Assembly (NCBI GenBank): GCA_034004365.1
Contig: JAVEWV010000009.1
Span: 29,637 to 93,636, forward strand
Direction: 5' to 3'
DNA from: Phycisphaerales bacterium
GTDB lineage: Bacteria; Planctomycetota; Phycisphaerae; Phycisphaerales; UBA1924
DNA length: 64,000 nucleotides
Made by a program: the position numbers and the translations under genes. Shown piece after piece: positions 33,534-42,822 of this stretch; within the stretch, counting starts at the first letter, position 1, and each line of letters opens with the position of its first letter. Below the pieces are notes generated by a model. The model searched no databases, was not told the DNA's origin, and worked only from the letters and a program-made list of their open reading frames with translations.

Positions 33534-34592
33534 ATGACGACCGCGCCCCGCACATCCCGGGCCCGCTTGAACGCGAGCAACGCGCACACCGGCCCGATCC
33601 TGCCGAGCGAGGGCTTGCACGCACTCGGCACACTCAGCCCAGACCAGATCCGTGGCATCCTTGCCAGGGCCCGCGATCTGGCCTCTGTCGCGAACGACCC
33701 CGCGACGCGCCTCGATGCGCTCCGGGATCGCACGATCGCGACCTGCTTCTTTGAGAGCTCGACGCGCACCCGCCTGAGCTTCACGCTCGCCGCCGAGCGA
33801 TGCGGCGCCCGCGTGGTCGATCTGGGCACGTCCTCGAGCACGAGCAAGGGCGAGTCGATCGCCGACACCGCCCGCACGATCGCCGCGATGGGCGTGAGCG
33901 CGTTCATCGTGCGCAGCGCGCACGCCGGCGCGTCGTCGATCGTTGCGTCCGCGACGGACCGGCCCACCATCAACGCCGGCGATGGCAAGCACGAGCACCC
34001 CACGCAGGGCCTGCTCGACACGCTCACGCTCGCCCAGGCCGCGCGTCCCGACCGGGTGCGCGATGGCTCGTTCGACCTCACGGGCCTGCGGATCGCGATC
34101 GTGGGGGACGTCGCCAGCTCGCGTGTCGCGCGCAGCGCCATCGCCGCCATGACCCCGCTCGGCGCCGAGATCGTCTGTGTTGGTCCGCCCAACATGGTCC
34201 CGGCGTCGCTCGCCTCGCTCGTGCGAGAGCCGGGCAGCGTCCGCGTCGAGCGCGATCTCGACGCGCTCCTGCCCGGGCTTGACGCCGTCATGATGCTCCG
34301 CATCCAGTTCGAGCGGCATGCCGGAGCGGGCGGGGCCCCGGGGAGCAGCGAGGGCGTGCCCGGCTCGCCCCAGCTCGCGTCGCTCCGCGAGTATCGCGAG
34401 CGGTACGGGCTCACGCGAGAGCGTGCGTCCCGCCTGCGCCCGAACGCGTGGATCATGCACCCCGGACCGACGAACCTCGACATCGAGCTCGACGCGTCGC
34501 TCATCGACTGCGCCCGCTCGCTCGTCCGCCGCCAGGTCGCCAACGGGGTCGCGGTGCGGATGGCCGTGCTGCTCGACCTGCTCGGCACGTGA
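33534..34592 (+). CDS. pyrB: aspartate carbamoyltransferase catalytic subunit
   Basis: Carbamoyl-phosphate site FFESSTRTRLSF. KGES...DT. DGKHEHPTQGLLD. C-terminal HPGP. Confidence 0.85.
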   Translation: MTTAPRTSRARLNASNAHTGPILPSEGLHALGTLSPDQIRGILARARDLASVANDPATRLDALRDRTIATCFFESSTRTRLSFTLAAERCGARVVDLGTSSSTSKGESIADTARTIAAMGVSAFIVRSAHAGASSIVASATDRPTINAGDGKHEHPTQGLLDTLTLAQAARPDRVRDGSFDLTGLRIAIVGDVASSRVARSAIAAMTPLGAEIVCVGPPNMVPASLASLVREPGSVRVERDLDALLPGLDAVMMLRIQFERHAGAGGAPGSSEGVPGSPQLASLREYRERYGLTRERASRLRPNAWIMHPGPTNLDIELDASLIDCARSLVRRQVANGVAVRMAVLLDLLGT

Positions 34593-34647
34593 CGAACATT
34601 TGGTTGCGGATTTCCAGCGGCAACGCCGATCGGGCATACTCTTGCCC

Positions 34648-35265
34648 ATGGAGGACCGCGCTACATCCCAACCGGGCCTGCTGGTCATCATCAGCGGGCC
34701 CTCGGGGGTCGGAAAGACCACCATCACCCACGGCGTCGAGCGCGCCGTGCCCGGCGCGGTCTTCAGCGTCAGTTGCACCACACGCACCAAGACCGACGCC
34801 GACCGCGAGGGCGTGGACTACTTCTTCATTTCCGAGGCTCGCTTCGACGCGATGGTCCGTGAGGATCGCTTCCTCGAGCACGCCGAGGTCTTCGGTCGCA
34901 AGTACGGCACGCCCCGCGAGTGGGTGATGGACCGCCTCGCCGAGGGCAAGGTCGTCATCCTCGAGATCGACGTCGAGGGCGCGCGCCAGGTGAAGGAGAA
35001 GGTGCCGCACGCGTTCGGCGTGTTCGTGCTCCCACCCAGCGAGGACGTGCTGCTCAATCGCCTGCGCCATCGCAAACGCGAGGATGAGTCGCAGATCCAG
35101 AAGCGATTCGCCGAGGCAAAGCGCGAGATCGCACGCGCGAAGGAACTCTCCGCCTCGCACGGCGTGTACGACGCGTTCGTGACCAACGACGACCTCACCC
35201 GCGCCACGCGCGAGGCCGTGTCGCTCGTCGAGGCGAGGCGAGCGACCACCGCGACCCGCTCGTAA
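34648..35265 (+). CDS. gmk: guanylate kinase
   Basis: Start [25 protein letters not shown] (P-loop). SCTTR..R..E..G.DYFF. FLE.AEVFG..YGT. Confidence 0.88.
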   Translation: MEDRATSQPGLLVIISGPSGVGKTTITHGVERAVPGAVFSVSCTTRTKTDADREGVDYFFISEARFDAMVREDRFLEHAEVFGRKYGTPREWVMDRLAEGKVVILEIDVEGARQVKEKVPHAFGVFVLPPSEDVLLNRLRHRKREDESQIQKRFAEAKREIARAKELSASHGVYDAFVTNDDLTRATREAVSLVEARRATTATRS

Positions 35266-35272
35266 GGCTGTC

Positions 35273-36865
35273 TTAGAACTGCTTCCGCAGTCTCGCCGTG
35301 GGCACGCCCATCTGAGAGCGGTACTTCGCCACAGTTCGGCGAGCGATCTCGATGCCCCGCCCCCTGAGCGCCTCGACGAGCTGATCGTCGCTCATGGGGC
35401 TCTTCTTATCCTCAGCATCGATCACTTCCTGGAGCGCCGCACGCACCGCGTCGTAGCTCATGTCCTCGCCGCCCTCGGTCGACAGCCCGCCCGAGAAGAA
35501 CCGACGCAAGGGCACGATGCCCCGCGGCGTAAGCAGATGCTTGTCCGCCACGGCGCGCGAGACCGTCGCCACATGCACGCCCAATTGCTCTGCAACCTGC
35601 GTCATCGGGAGCGGTCGCAGCGCCTGCGGCCCATAGTCGAAGAAGTCCCGCTGCGCGTCGACCACCGCCCGCACCACCCGCAGCAGCGTGTGCTTCCGCT
35701 GGTTCACCGCGTCGATCAGCCACGCTGCGTTGCCGAGGTTGGTCTTGATGAACTCGCGGTCGCGCTTCTCCATCGCGCGGTCCCGCGCGAGCATCGCGTA
35801 CTCGCGGTTGATGCGCAGGCCCGGGATGCGCGAGTCATTCAGATACGCGACGTACCGGTCCGCATCCTCGTCGTACTCAACGATCGCGTCGGGCACGATC
35901 GATTCCGGGCTGTCGTCGACCAGGCGACGCGCGGGCGCGAGGCTCAGACGCCGCATGAGTTCGATCCCGCGCTTGATCTCGTCGAGCGACAGGCCCGTCC
36001 GGTCCGAGATCCGCGGGATGCGATTCTGCATCAGGTCATCAAGATGCTCGGCGACCAGCGTCCGCGCGATGCGAATCGTCGCGTCGCGATCGCCCGCGTC
36101 GTCCCAGCCCTCATCCTCCTCCAGCGCGTCGAGCTGCAGCAGCAGGCACTCCCGCGCGTCCCGCGCCGCCACCCCGGGCGGCTCAAGGAACAACTGCACC
36201 GCCGTCAGCGACTGCTCCAGCTTCTCGACGCTCGGGCGCGACGCCTCCGGCGCGCGCTCCGCGATCGTCTCGAGCGGGGTCCGCAGGTACCCGTCGTCGT
36301 CGAGGAACGAGATCACCATCACGCCCAGCGGGCGCAGATCCTCCGCCACGTCGCACAGCGCCCACTGCCCGAGCAGTTGCTCGTGCAGCGACGCCGAACG
36401 CGCGGGCGCCTGCATTATCGCGTCGAGCTTGCCGTCGCGCTCGCCCGCGGGCGTGCGCGTCATCGGCTCGTACGACTCGAACCGCTCCATGCCCGAAGCG
36501 CTGTACTCGTTTTCCATCGCGTCTGGGTTCGAGGCCTCGTAGCTCTCGAGCCGCGCGAAGTCGTCCCCATCGCCCACAGACAGCGCGCTCGATTCCAGCC
36601 GCGCGTCGTCCGAAGCCTCGCCGCTTTGAGCGTCCGTCGCGATCTCCGGGTCCGCCGCGCCCGGCGCGTCCGAAGCCTCGCCCTCCGCGCTCCCGTCACC
36701 GGGCTCGACGAGTTCCAGCGTCGGGTTGTTCTCCAGCTCCTGCTCGATCCGCTCCTGCAGCTCCGCGAGGGACATCTGCAGGATCTCCATCGACTGGATC
36801 ATCCGCGGCGCCAGCTTCATCTGCTGGCCGAGCTTCATGTGCTGGGACGCTTCGAAACGCATCAT
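35273..36865 (-). CDS. rpoN: RNA polymerase sigma-54 factor
   Basis: Region I MKLGQQMKLAPRMIQSMEILQMSLAELQERIEQELENNPTLE. Acidic region II. C-terminal RpoN box ARRTVAKYRSQMGVP. Confidence 0.9.
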   Translation of the reverse strand: MMRFEASQHMKLGQQMKLAPRMIQSMEILQMSLAELQERIEQELENNPTLELVEPGDGSAEGEASDAPGAADPEIATDAQSGEASDDARLESSALSVGDGDDFARLESYEASNPDAMENEYSASGMERFESYEPMTRTPAGERDGKLDAIMQAPARSASLHEQLLGQWALCDVAEDLRPLGVMVISFLDDDGYLRTPLETIAERAPEASRPSVEKLEQSLTAVQLFLEPPGVAARDARECLLLQLDALEEDEGWDDAGDRDATIRIARTLVAEHLDDLMQNRIPRISDRTGLSLDEIKRGIELMRRLSLAPARRLVDDSPESIVPDAIVEYDEDADRYVAYLNDSRIPGLRINREYAMLARDRAMEKRDREFIKTNLGNAAWLIDAVNQRKHTLLRVVRAVVDAQRDFFDYGPQALRPLPMTQVAEQLGVHVATVSRAVADKHLLTPRGIVPLRRFFSGGLSTEGGEDMSYDAVRAALQEVIDAEDKKSPMSDDQLVEALRGRGIEIARRTVAKYRSQMGVPTARLRKQF

Positions 36866-36948
36866 GCTCCCTGGCGGATCCGCCGCGCGTGGGCGCGGCC
36901 GCCCCTTCGATCATCTCTTCCGATCTCGCGCAAGGCTACCCGATCGCC

Positions 36949-37584
36949 TCATCCCACGGACTGACGCCCCACGATCGCGTCCGCCAGCACCGCCCGGCTC
37001 GCAAACTCGAGCTGCCCGCCCGACGGCAGCCCCCGCGCAAGCCGCGAGACCTTGACGCCCCGAGCCCCCAGCTCCTCCGCCAGCAGCAGCCCCGTCCCAT
37101 CACCCTCGAACGTCGGATTGAGCCCGAGGATCACCTCTTCAATCGCGACACCCTCGCGCCGCGACTTCTCCACGCGCTCCAGCAGCGACGAGATCGTCAG
37201 GTCCCCCGGGCCCACGCCCTCAAGCGGGCTCACGCGCCCCATCAGCACGTGGTACAGGCCCCGGTACATCCCCGTCTGTTCCAGCGCGATCAGGTCCCGC
37301 GGCTGCTCCACCACGAGCACGAGCCGCCGATCCCGCTCCCCCGACGCACAGATCACGCACGGGTCATCGTCCGCGAGGTTCCAGCACACCGAGCAGTGCC
37401 GCACGCTCCGCTTCACGTCCGCGATCGCCTTTGCCAGCGCCAGCGCGTCGTCGGGCGTCGCCTTGAGCACGTGGAACGCCAGCCGCTCCGCGCTCCGCGG
37501 CCCGATCCCGGGCAGGCGGGCCAGCTCGCGGATCAACCGCTCCACCGGCTCGGGATACGCACGGCTCGACCTGCCCTCGCCCAT
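36949..37584 (-). CDS. recR: recombination protein RecR
   Basis: HhH LPGIGPRSAERLAFH. C4 zinc finger CSVCWNLADDDPCVIC. Toprim LVLVVEQPRDLIALE. Walker-B-like tail. Confidence 0.9.
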   Translation of the reverse strand: MGEGRSSRAYPEPVERLIRELARLPGIGPRSAERLAFHVLKATPDDALALAKAIADVKRSVRHCSVCWNLADDDPCVICASGERDRRLVLVVEQPRDLIALEQTGMYRGLYHVLMGRVSPLEGVGPGDLTISSLLERVEKSRREGVAIEEVILGLNPTFEGDGTGLLLAEELGARGVKVSRLARGLPSGGQLEFASRAVLADAIVGRQSVG

Positions 37585-37640
37585 AAGCCGATTCTACGCG
37601 ACGCGCAAGATCGCCCGTCCCGCCCGCTAGGATTGATCCC

Positions 37641-38276
37641 ATGCCCCGGCGCGTCCATGCCATCATCGCCGTCGCGGCCCTCGCCGCGAGCGCCGCCCTG
37701 ATCTCGGCGCAGGCCTGGCCCAACGTCGTCCCGAAGAACTTCGGCGTTGTCGCCGAGGGCAGGGTCTATCGCTCGGGCGAGCTCACGACCGAGGCAACCC
37801 GCCGCGTCGTCGAGGCCAACAACATTCGCACGATCATCGACCTGGGCGCGTACGAGCCCGGTTCGCCCGACGAACGCCGCGCCCAGGCCGCTGCTGATGC
37901 GCTGGGCGTCGATCGCTTCGTGTTCCGTCTTGAGGGCGACGCGACGGGCGATCCCGATCACTACGTCCGCGCCCTCACCCTCATGGCCGACCCCGCCCAC
38001 CAGCCCGTGCTCGTTCATTGTGCCGCGGGCGCGCAGCGGACGAGCTGCGCCGTCGCGATGTATCGCCACGCCATCGAGGGCATGGACCTCGACACCGCCT
38101 ACGCCGAGTCGTTGAACTACCGCCACGTCCCGAGCAAGAACCCGAAGCTCCGAATGATGATCGACACCTTCGCCGATCGCGTCGCCGAGGCCTGGCAGCA
38201 CGGCGTCGATCTCGAGGGGCGTCCGCTCGACATGACGCCCGAGAACGCCGAACCCGCGTCCGAGCCCGGCGCATGA
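37641..38276 (+). CDS. secreted protein-tyrosine/dual-specificity phosphatase-like protein
   Basis: Signal peptide MPRRVHAIIAVAALAASAALISAQA. Catalytic P-loop HCAAGAQRTS (C-x5-R-S/T). Confidence 0.7.
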   Translation: MPRRVHAIIAVAALAASAALISAQAWPNVVPKNFGVVAEGRVYRSGELTTEATRRVVEANNIRTIIDLGAYEPGSPDERRAQAAADALGVDRFVFRLEGDATGDPDHYVRALTLMADPAHQPVLVHCAAGAQRTSCAVAMYRHAIEGMDLDTAYAESLNYRHVPSKNPKLRMMIDTFADRVAEAWQHGVDLEGRPLDMTPENAEPASEPGA

Positions 38277-39868
38277 CCGCTCGCGCGGCACGATCCATGA
38301 GCGTGCGCACGCCCCTGACCATCGCGCTCGCGTGGGCGATCGTGTACCTCCCCGCCCTGGGCTCGCGCGGGCTCGCCGCCAGCGAGGGACACCGCGTCCT
38401 GCCCGCGATCGAGATGCTCCGCTCGGGTGATTTCGTCGTCCCGCGCCTGTTCGGGCAGATCTATCTCCGCAAGCCGCCCGGCATGTTCTGGGCCATCGCC
38501 GCGTCGATGTCCGTCCTGGGCGAGACCGAGCTCGCCGCCCGCTTCGTCAGCGCGTTCGCCACGCTGCTCGCCGGGCTCGCGTGCGCGTGGTTCGCGCACC
38601 GCTGGTACGCACCGCTCGCCGCACGCGCGCCCTTGTCTCGCGCCTCGCCCGCCCTCGCCGCCGGGCTGTCGTTCGTGCTCATGCCCATGCTCTGGGCCCC
38701 GGGGCGGAGCGCCGAGATCGAGTCCCTGCACAACCTGTGCGTCCTCGTCGCGTCGCTCGCGATCCTCGACGCCTCGCTCATGCGCAACGCACGCCCGCGC
38801 ACGACCATCTCTATCGCATTACTCGCGTTCCTCGCCACCGCGGGCGCCGTGCTCGTCAAGGGACCGGCGGGCGTGCCCGTCCTCGGTGCAGCAGTTGTCG
38901 GCGCCTGCGCCGCGCAACGTTCACTCGTGCCGCTGCGCCGAGTGAGTGTCGTCCCCCCAATGCTCGCGGGCCTTGCGCTCGGCGCGGGCGTCATTCTCTG
39001 GTGCTGGTCGCGGGCGCGCGAAACGGGCGAGCCCATCGTGCTCCAGGGCGTCAGCGAGTTCCTCTGGAGCCTGCCCCGCCTCGGGCAGACGCTCCTGCTC
39101 CCGCTCGCCGCGTGGGCCATGGCGCTCCCAATGTCGATCGCACTGCTGTTCCCCCTCGCGCCCTTCGCCTCGCGCGACGATCTCGCCCGAGACGAGTCCG
39201 CGCCCGCGCGAGCCGTTGCATGGACCATCCTGCTCGCGCTCGCAATCTACGTCATCCTCGGCGTGCACAACCCGCGCTACGCGATGCCAGCGATGTGCCT
39301 CGTCCCCATGCTCGTGCCCTACGCACTGCTCGGGCGCACGCTGTTCATGCCCCTCCGCGCCCGCCTCGCGACGCTCTGCACCCTCGGCTCGCCCGGCGCG
39401 TTCGTCGGCCTGGTCCTCGTCGGCGCCGGCGCACACATCGCCATCGAGGTCCACAGGTTCCGCGACGACCGCGATCCTGCGTACACCGGCCGCCCCGCGG
39501 GCCTCGCGCTCGGCGAATCGCTCGAACAGCACGCACGCGCGACAAACAACATGAGCGACGATTCGCCGCTCCTGATCTACGCCGACCACGCCGTCGAAGC
39601 GCGCCCTGAGGTCCTCTGGTACGCATCGAGCGTGCTCGAGCGTGCGCACACTCCCGCGCGCGTCCGCTGGCTCCCCGGGCTTGCCGACGCGAATGACCTG
39701 CCCGCCGGCGCGGTGCTCGTCCTTCGCGCCGACAGCGCGAGCCCCGAGCTCCGTGCGAGGGCCGCTCGCGATCCCGACGCCGCGTCTCACGAGCTCTGGC
39801 GCGGGCGCGTGCACGAGTTCGAGCTCGTCGCCCTCACCACGCCCTCCGCCGTTCCATCCGCGGAGTAG
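38273..39868 (+). CDS. GT-C fold glycosyltransferase (GT39/GT83, ArnT/PMT-like)
   Basis: The ATG overlaps the stop of the phosphatase gene (ATGA). N-terminal pattern SEGHRVLPAIEMLRSGDFVVPRLFGQIYLRKPPGMFW matches the ArnT-type DE.RY..IA.EML.SGDW.VP...G..Y..KPPL.YW. At least 10 TM helices. Confidence 0.7.
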   Translation: MTARAARSMSVRTPLTIALAWAIVYLPALGSRGLAASEGHRVLPAIEMLRSGDFVVPRLFGQIYLRKPPGMFWAIAASMSVLGETELAARFVSAFATLLAGLACAWFAHRWYAPLAARAPLSRASPALAAGLSFVLMPMLWAPGRSAEIESLHNLCVLVASLAILDASLMRNARPRTTISIALLAFLATAGAVLVKGPAGVPVLGAAVVGACAAQRSLVPLRRVSVVPPMLAGLALGAGVILWCWSRARETGEPIVLQGVSEFLWSLPRLGQTLLLPLAAWAMALPMSIALLFPLAPFASRDDLARDESAPARAVAWTILLALAIYVILGVHNPRYAMPAMCLVPMLVPYALLGRTLFMPLRARLATLCTLGSPGAFVGLVLVGAGAHIAIEVHRFRDDRDPAYTGRPAGLALGESLEQHARATNNMSDDSPLLIYADHAVEARPEVLWYASSVLERAHTPARVRWLPGLADANDLPAGAVLVLRADSASPELRARAARDPDAASHELWRGRVHEFELVALTTPSAVPSAE

Positions 39869-39872
39869 CGTT

Positions 39873-40784
39873 ATGCCCGAGCTCCCCGAGGTCGAGACGC
39901 TCCGCCGATCCCTCGAGCCCGCGCTCCTGGGCGCACGCGTTGATCGCGTCCTTATCTTCCGGCGCGACGTCATCGTCACCTCCGACGACCCGCCCGGCGG
40001 CTTCTCGCGCCAGCGCACGAGCCACCGACCCGCGCCGCTCGAGCTGCGCACGCTCCTCGAAGGCGCGACGATCGACGCCCTCCTCCGCCACGGCAAGGAG
40101 ATCGCGATCAGCACCCGCGACGGACGCGCCCTCCGCGTCCACCTCGGCATGACCGGGCAGCTCCGCACCCGCGCGCATGCCAACACGCAGCGCACAACGC
40201 CCGATGAGCCGCCCGCACCGCACGAGCACGTCCGCTGGACGCTCCGCCGCGCAGGGGAACGCCCGGTCCAACTCTCCTTCATCGACCCGCGTCGTTTCGG
40301 CGGCGTGTGGACCTCTCCCACGCGCGACGATCTCCTCGCCCGCTGGGCCGCGCTCGGGCCCGACGCGGTCTCGATCACGCCCAGCGATCTCGCAAAGCGC
40401 CTGTCCCGTTCCCGCCGCCCCATCAAGGCCGCGCTGCTCGATCAGGGCGTCCTCGCGGGCGTGGGCAACATCTACGCCGACGAGGCCCTCTTCATCGCCC
40501 GCATTGCGCCTCGGCGTCTCGCCTCCCGCCTCACACCCCGGGAGATCAACGCCCTGGCCGACGCCATTCGCCAGACGCTCGCCCAAGCGATCCAGGCCCG
40601 CGGCTCGACCCTCCGCGACTTTGCCGACGCCGAGGGCAACGCGGGATACGCCCAGCTCGCTCACGCCGTGTACGGACGGGGCGGCGAGCCCTGCGTCCGC
40701 TGCGGAGCGCGCCTGCGTTCCGCGGTCATCGCCCAGCGAACCACCGTGTGGTGTCCCGCGTGCCAGCGATCCTCCGAAGCCTGA
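39873..40784 (+). CDS. mutM: formamidopyrimidine-DNA glycosylase
   Basis: Catalytic N-terminus MPELPEVE. H2TH region. C-terminal zinc finger CVRCGARL...RTTVWCPAC. Confidence 0.88.
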   Translation: MPELPEVETLRRSLEPALLGARVDRVLIFRRDVIVTSDDPPGGFSRQRTSHRPAPLELRTLLEGATIDALLRHGKEIAISTRDGRALRVHLGMTGQLRTRAHANTQRTTPDEPPAPHEHVRWTLRRAGERPVQLSFIDPRRFGGVWTSPTRDDLLARWAALGPDAVSITPSDLAKRLSRSRRPIKAALLDQGVLAGVGNIYADEALFIARIAPRRLASRLTPREINALADAIRQTLAQAIQARGSTLRDFADAEGNAGYAQLAHAVYGRGGEPCVRCGARLRSAVIAQRTTVWCPACQRSSEA

Positions 40785-40799
40785 ACAACCCCGCGGCGA

Positions 40800-41205
40800 A
40801 GAGTGTCCACAGTTTTCCCACAACGCCAGCGGGGGAGATGTGCATGAATCGGACCAAAGCGTCGGGCTTTGTTCCGCGTCCGTGCCTTTCCACTCCTTCA
40901 GGAAGAAGAACTGGTGGTGGTAGTTGTAGAGGGCGTCGGATTGTGGATATATCGCAGCGGAGGTCGACAAATCACGTCAAAGCCGCCAGTTAGGGAGGAG
41001 CCCGCATCTGCGTCGCTTGTCGACTGCGGGTCGCCCCTGATCGCTCGCGGGCACGCTGCCCACACAGAGTCTGCACGACGCGAATTGTCGCGGGCATGAC
41101 GCTCCGGCGACGCACCGGAACAGGGCGCAGAGCGACGGGTTGTCCACATCGCGCCCTCATCCTTGCGCCATGGCCTGAACAGGGGAAGGGCGTCATCCAC
41201 GCGCG
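40800..41205. other. candidate chromosomal origin (oriC): DnaA-box cluster
   Basis: The 515-bp gap between mutM and the 3' end of dnaA is non-coding. DnaA-box-like 9-mers: GTGTCCACA (40803-40811, 7/9), TGTGGATAT (40942-40950, 8/9 to TGTGGATAA), TTGTCCACA (41140-41148, 8/9), TCATCCACG (41193-41201, 7/9). A locally AT-richer stretch lies around 40890-40980. Confidence 0.4.
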
Positions 41206-41299
41206 CAGTGATGCCCATTGTGGTGGGCAGTGTCCGCATGCACACACGCCGCCTCAAATGGGCGATGCCGTCGGTTCCGGGCTCTGCAATGGAACGCGA

Positions 41300-42679
41300 T
41301 CAGGCCGCGGTCGAGCCGTGCACCCGCTGCTCGAGGTGCTGGATCGTCGCCGCGAAGCCCTGGTCTGACGCGACCTTGGTCTCGATCGTCCGCACCGCGT
41401 GCATGACGGTGGTGTGGTCCCGCCCGCCGAAGTGCCCGCCGATCTCCTCGAGCGACAGCCTCGTGTGCTGGCGCGCGAGGTACATGCACACCTGCCTGGG
41501 CAGCGCGATCGACCGCTGGCGCCTCCGCCCCTGCAGATCGACGGTGCGCACGCCGAAGTACTCGGTCACCGCGGCGACGATCGCCTGCACGCTCGGCTCT
41601 GCGGGCTGCGCGGCGGTCCGCTGCCCGAGCGCAACGCGCGCGAGGGCGAGGTCGACCGGGCGATCCTCGATCATCGCGTGCATCTGCACCTTCGTGAGCG
41701 CGCCCTCCAGCTCGCGGATGTTGCTCGCGACCCGCTCCGCGATGAATGACGCAACCTCGTCGGGCACCTTCAGCCCGCGCAGGCGCGCCTTCGAGCGCAC
41801 GATCGCGACGCGCGTCTCGAACTCGGGCGGCTCCACCTCCGCGACCAGCCCCCACTTGAACCTGCTGACGAGGCGTTCCTCGAGCTGCGGGATCTCCTCG
41901 GGGGCCGCGTCCGACGACAGGATGATCTGCTTCCGCGCCTGGTGCAGCGCGTTGAACGTGTGGAAGAACTCTTCCTGGATGCGGTCCTTGCCCGCGAGGA
42001 AGTGGATGTCGTCGATCACGAGCACGTCCACATCGCGGAAGCGATGGCGGAACTCGGGCATCGTGCTCGTCTCGATCGCCTCGACGAGCTGCGTGATGAA
42101 CCCCTCCGACGAGAGGTAATAGATGAGCGCGTCCGGACGCCGATCCGCAACGCGCAGGCAGATCGCCTGCAGCAGGTGCGTCTTGCCCAGCCCGACGCCG
42201 CCGTGCACGAACAGCGGGTTGTACGCGAGCCCGAGGTTGTCCGCGACCGCGACCGACGCCGCGTACGCGAGGCGGTTGCCCGCGCCCACGATGAAGTTCT
42301 CGAACTCGCAGTCGGGGTTGATGACCAGCGAATCCGCGTGCGTGTTCAGGCGGGGCGCGGTGGCGCGGCGCGGCGTATCGCTCGTCCGAGGCGACGAGGG
42401 CTCGGGCGACGCATCGTCCTCCGGGCCGACGAAGCGCACGCCCAGCAACTGCTGCGTCACGGCCTGGATCGCCTCGTTGAACGCGCCGAGGCACTGGCGA
42501 TGCAGATAGTCCCGCTGGATGGTGCTCGATGAGCGCAGCGTCAGCGCGCCGCCCGACAGGCGCACGGGTTCGAGCTCCTCGAACCACTGCCGGCACAGGT
42601 TTGGATGGTTCGTGCGCAGATGCGCAAGAACTCCATCCCAGATCTTGCGATCAGGGTCGCCCATCCCTCGACGCCCCAT
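41300..42679 (-). CDS. dnaA: chromosomal replication initiator protein DnaA
   Basis: Walker A GGVGLGKTHLLQAI. Walker B LVIDDIHFL. Sensor regions. C-terminal DNA-binding domain (IALPRQVCMYLAR...SLEEIGGHFGGRDHTTVMHAVR). Confidence 0.92.
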   Translation of the reverse strand: MGRRGMGDPDRKIWDGVLAHLRTNHPNLCRQWFEELEPVRLSGGALTLRSSSTIQRDYLHRQCLGAFNEAIQAVTQQLLGVRFVGPEDDASPEPSSPRTSDTPRRATAPRLNTHADSLVINPDCEFENFIVGAGNRLAYAASVAVADNLGLAYNPLFVHGGVGLGKTHLLQAICLRVADRRPDALIYYLSSEGFITQLVEAIETSTMPEFRHRFRDVDVLVIDDIHFLAGKDRIQEEFFHTFNALHQARKQIILSSDAAPEEIPQLEERLVSRFKWGLVAEVEPPEFETRVAIVRSKARLRGLKVPDEVASFIAERVASNIRELEGALTKVQMHAMIEDRPVDLALARVALGQRTAAQPAEPSVQAIVAAVTEYFGVRTVDLQGRRRQRSIALPRQVCMYLARQHTRLSLEEIGGHFGGRDHTTVMHAVRTIETKVASDQGFAATIQHLEQRVHGSTAA

Positions 42680-42822
42680 TCATCATTCGCCGAGCAACGC
42701 CCGACGCGGGTCCACCAACGCATCCGATCGCCCGTCCGCACGCACGCGGGCCCACACACCGGAACGATCGGGCCAAAACGTACTTCGCGACGCCCGCGGT
42801 GTCAACGCGGCGCGCCGCGTTT

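Noticed and set aside
40898-41257. 119-aa and 85-aa ORFs inside the mutM-dnaA gap.
   Set aside because: No Shine-Dalgarno sequence, odd composition and poor GC3 bias. The region is better explained as non-coding origin DNA with DnaA boxes.
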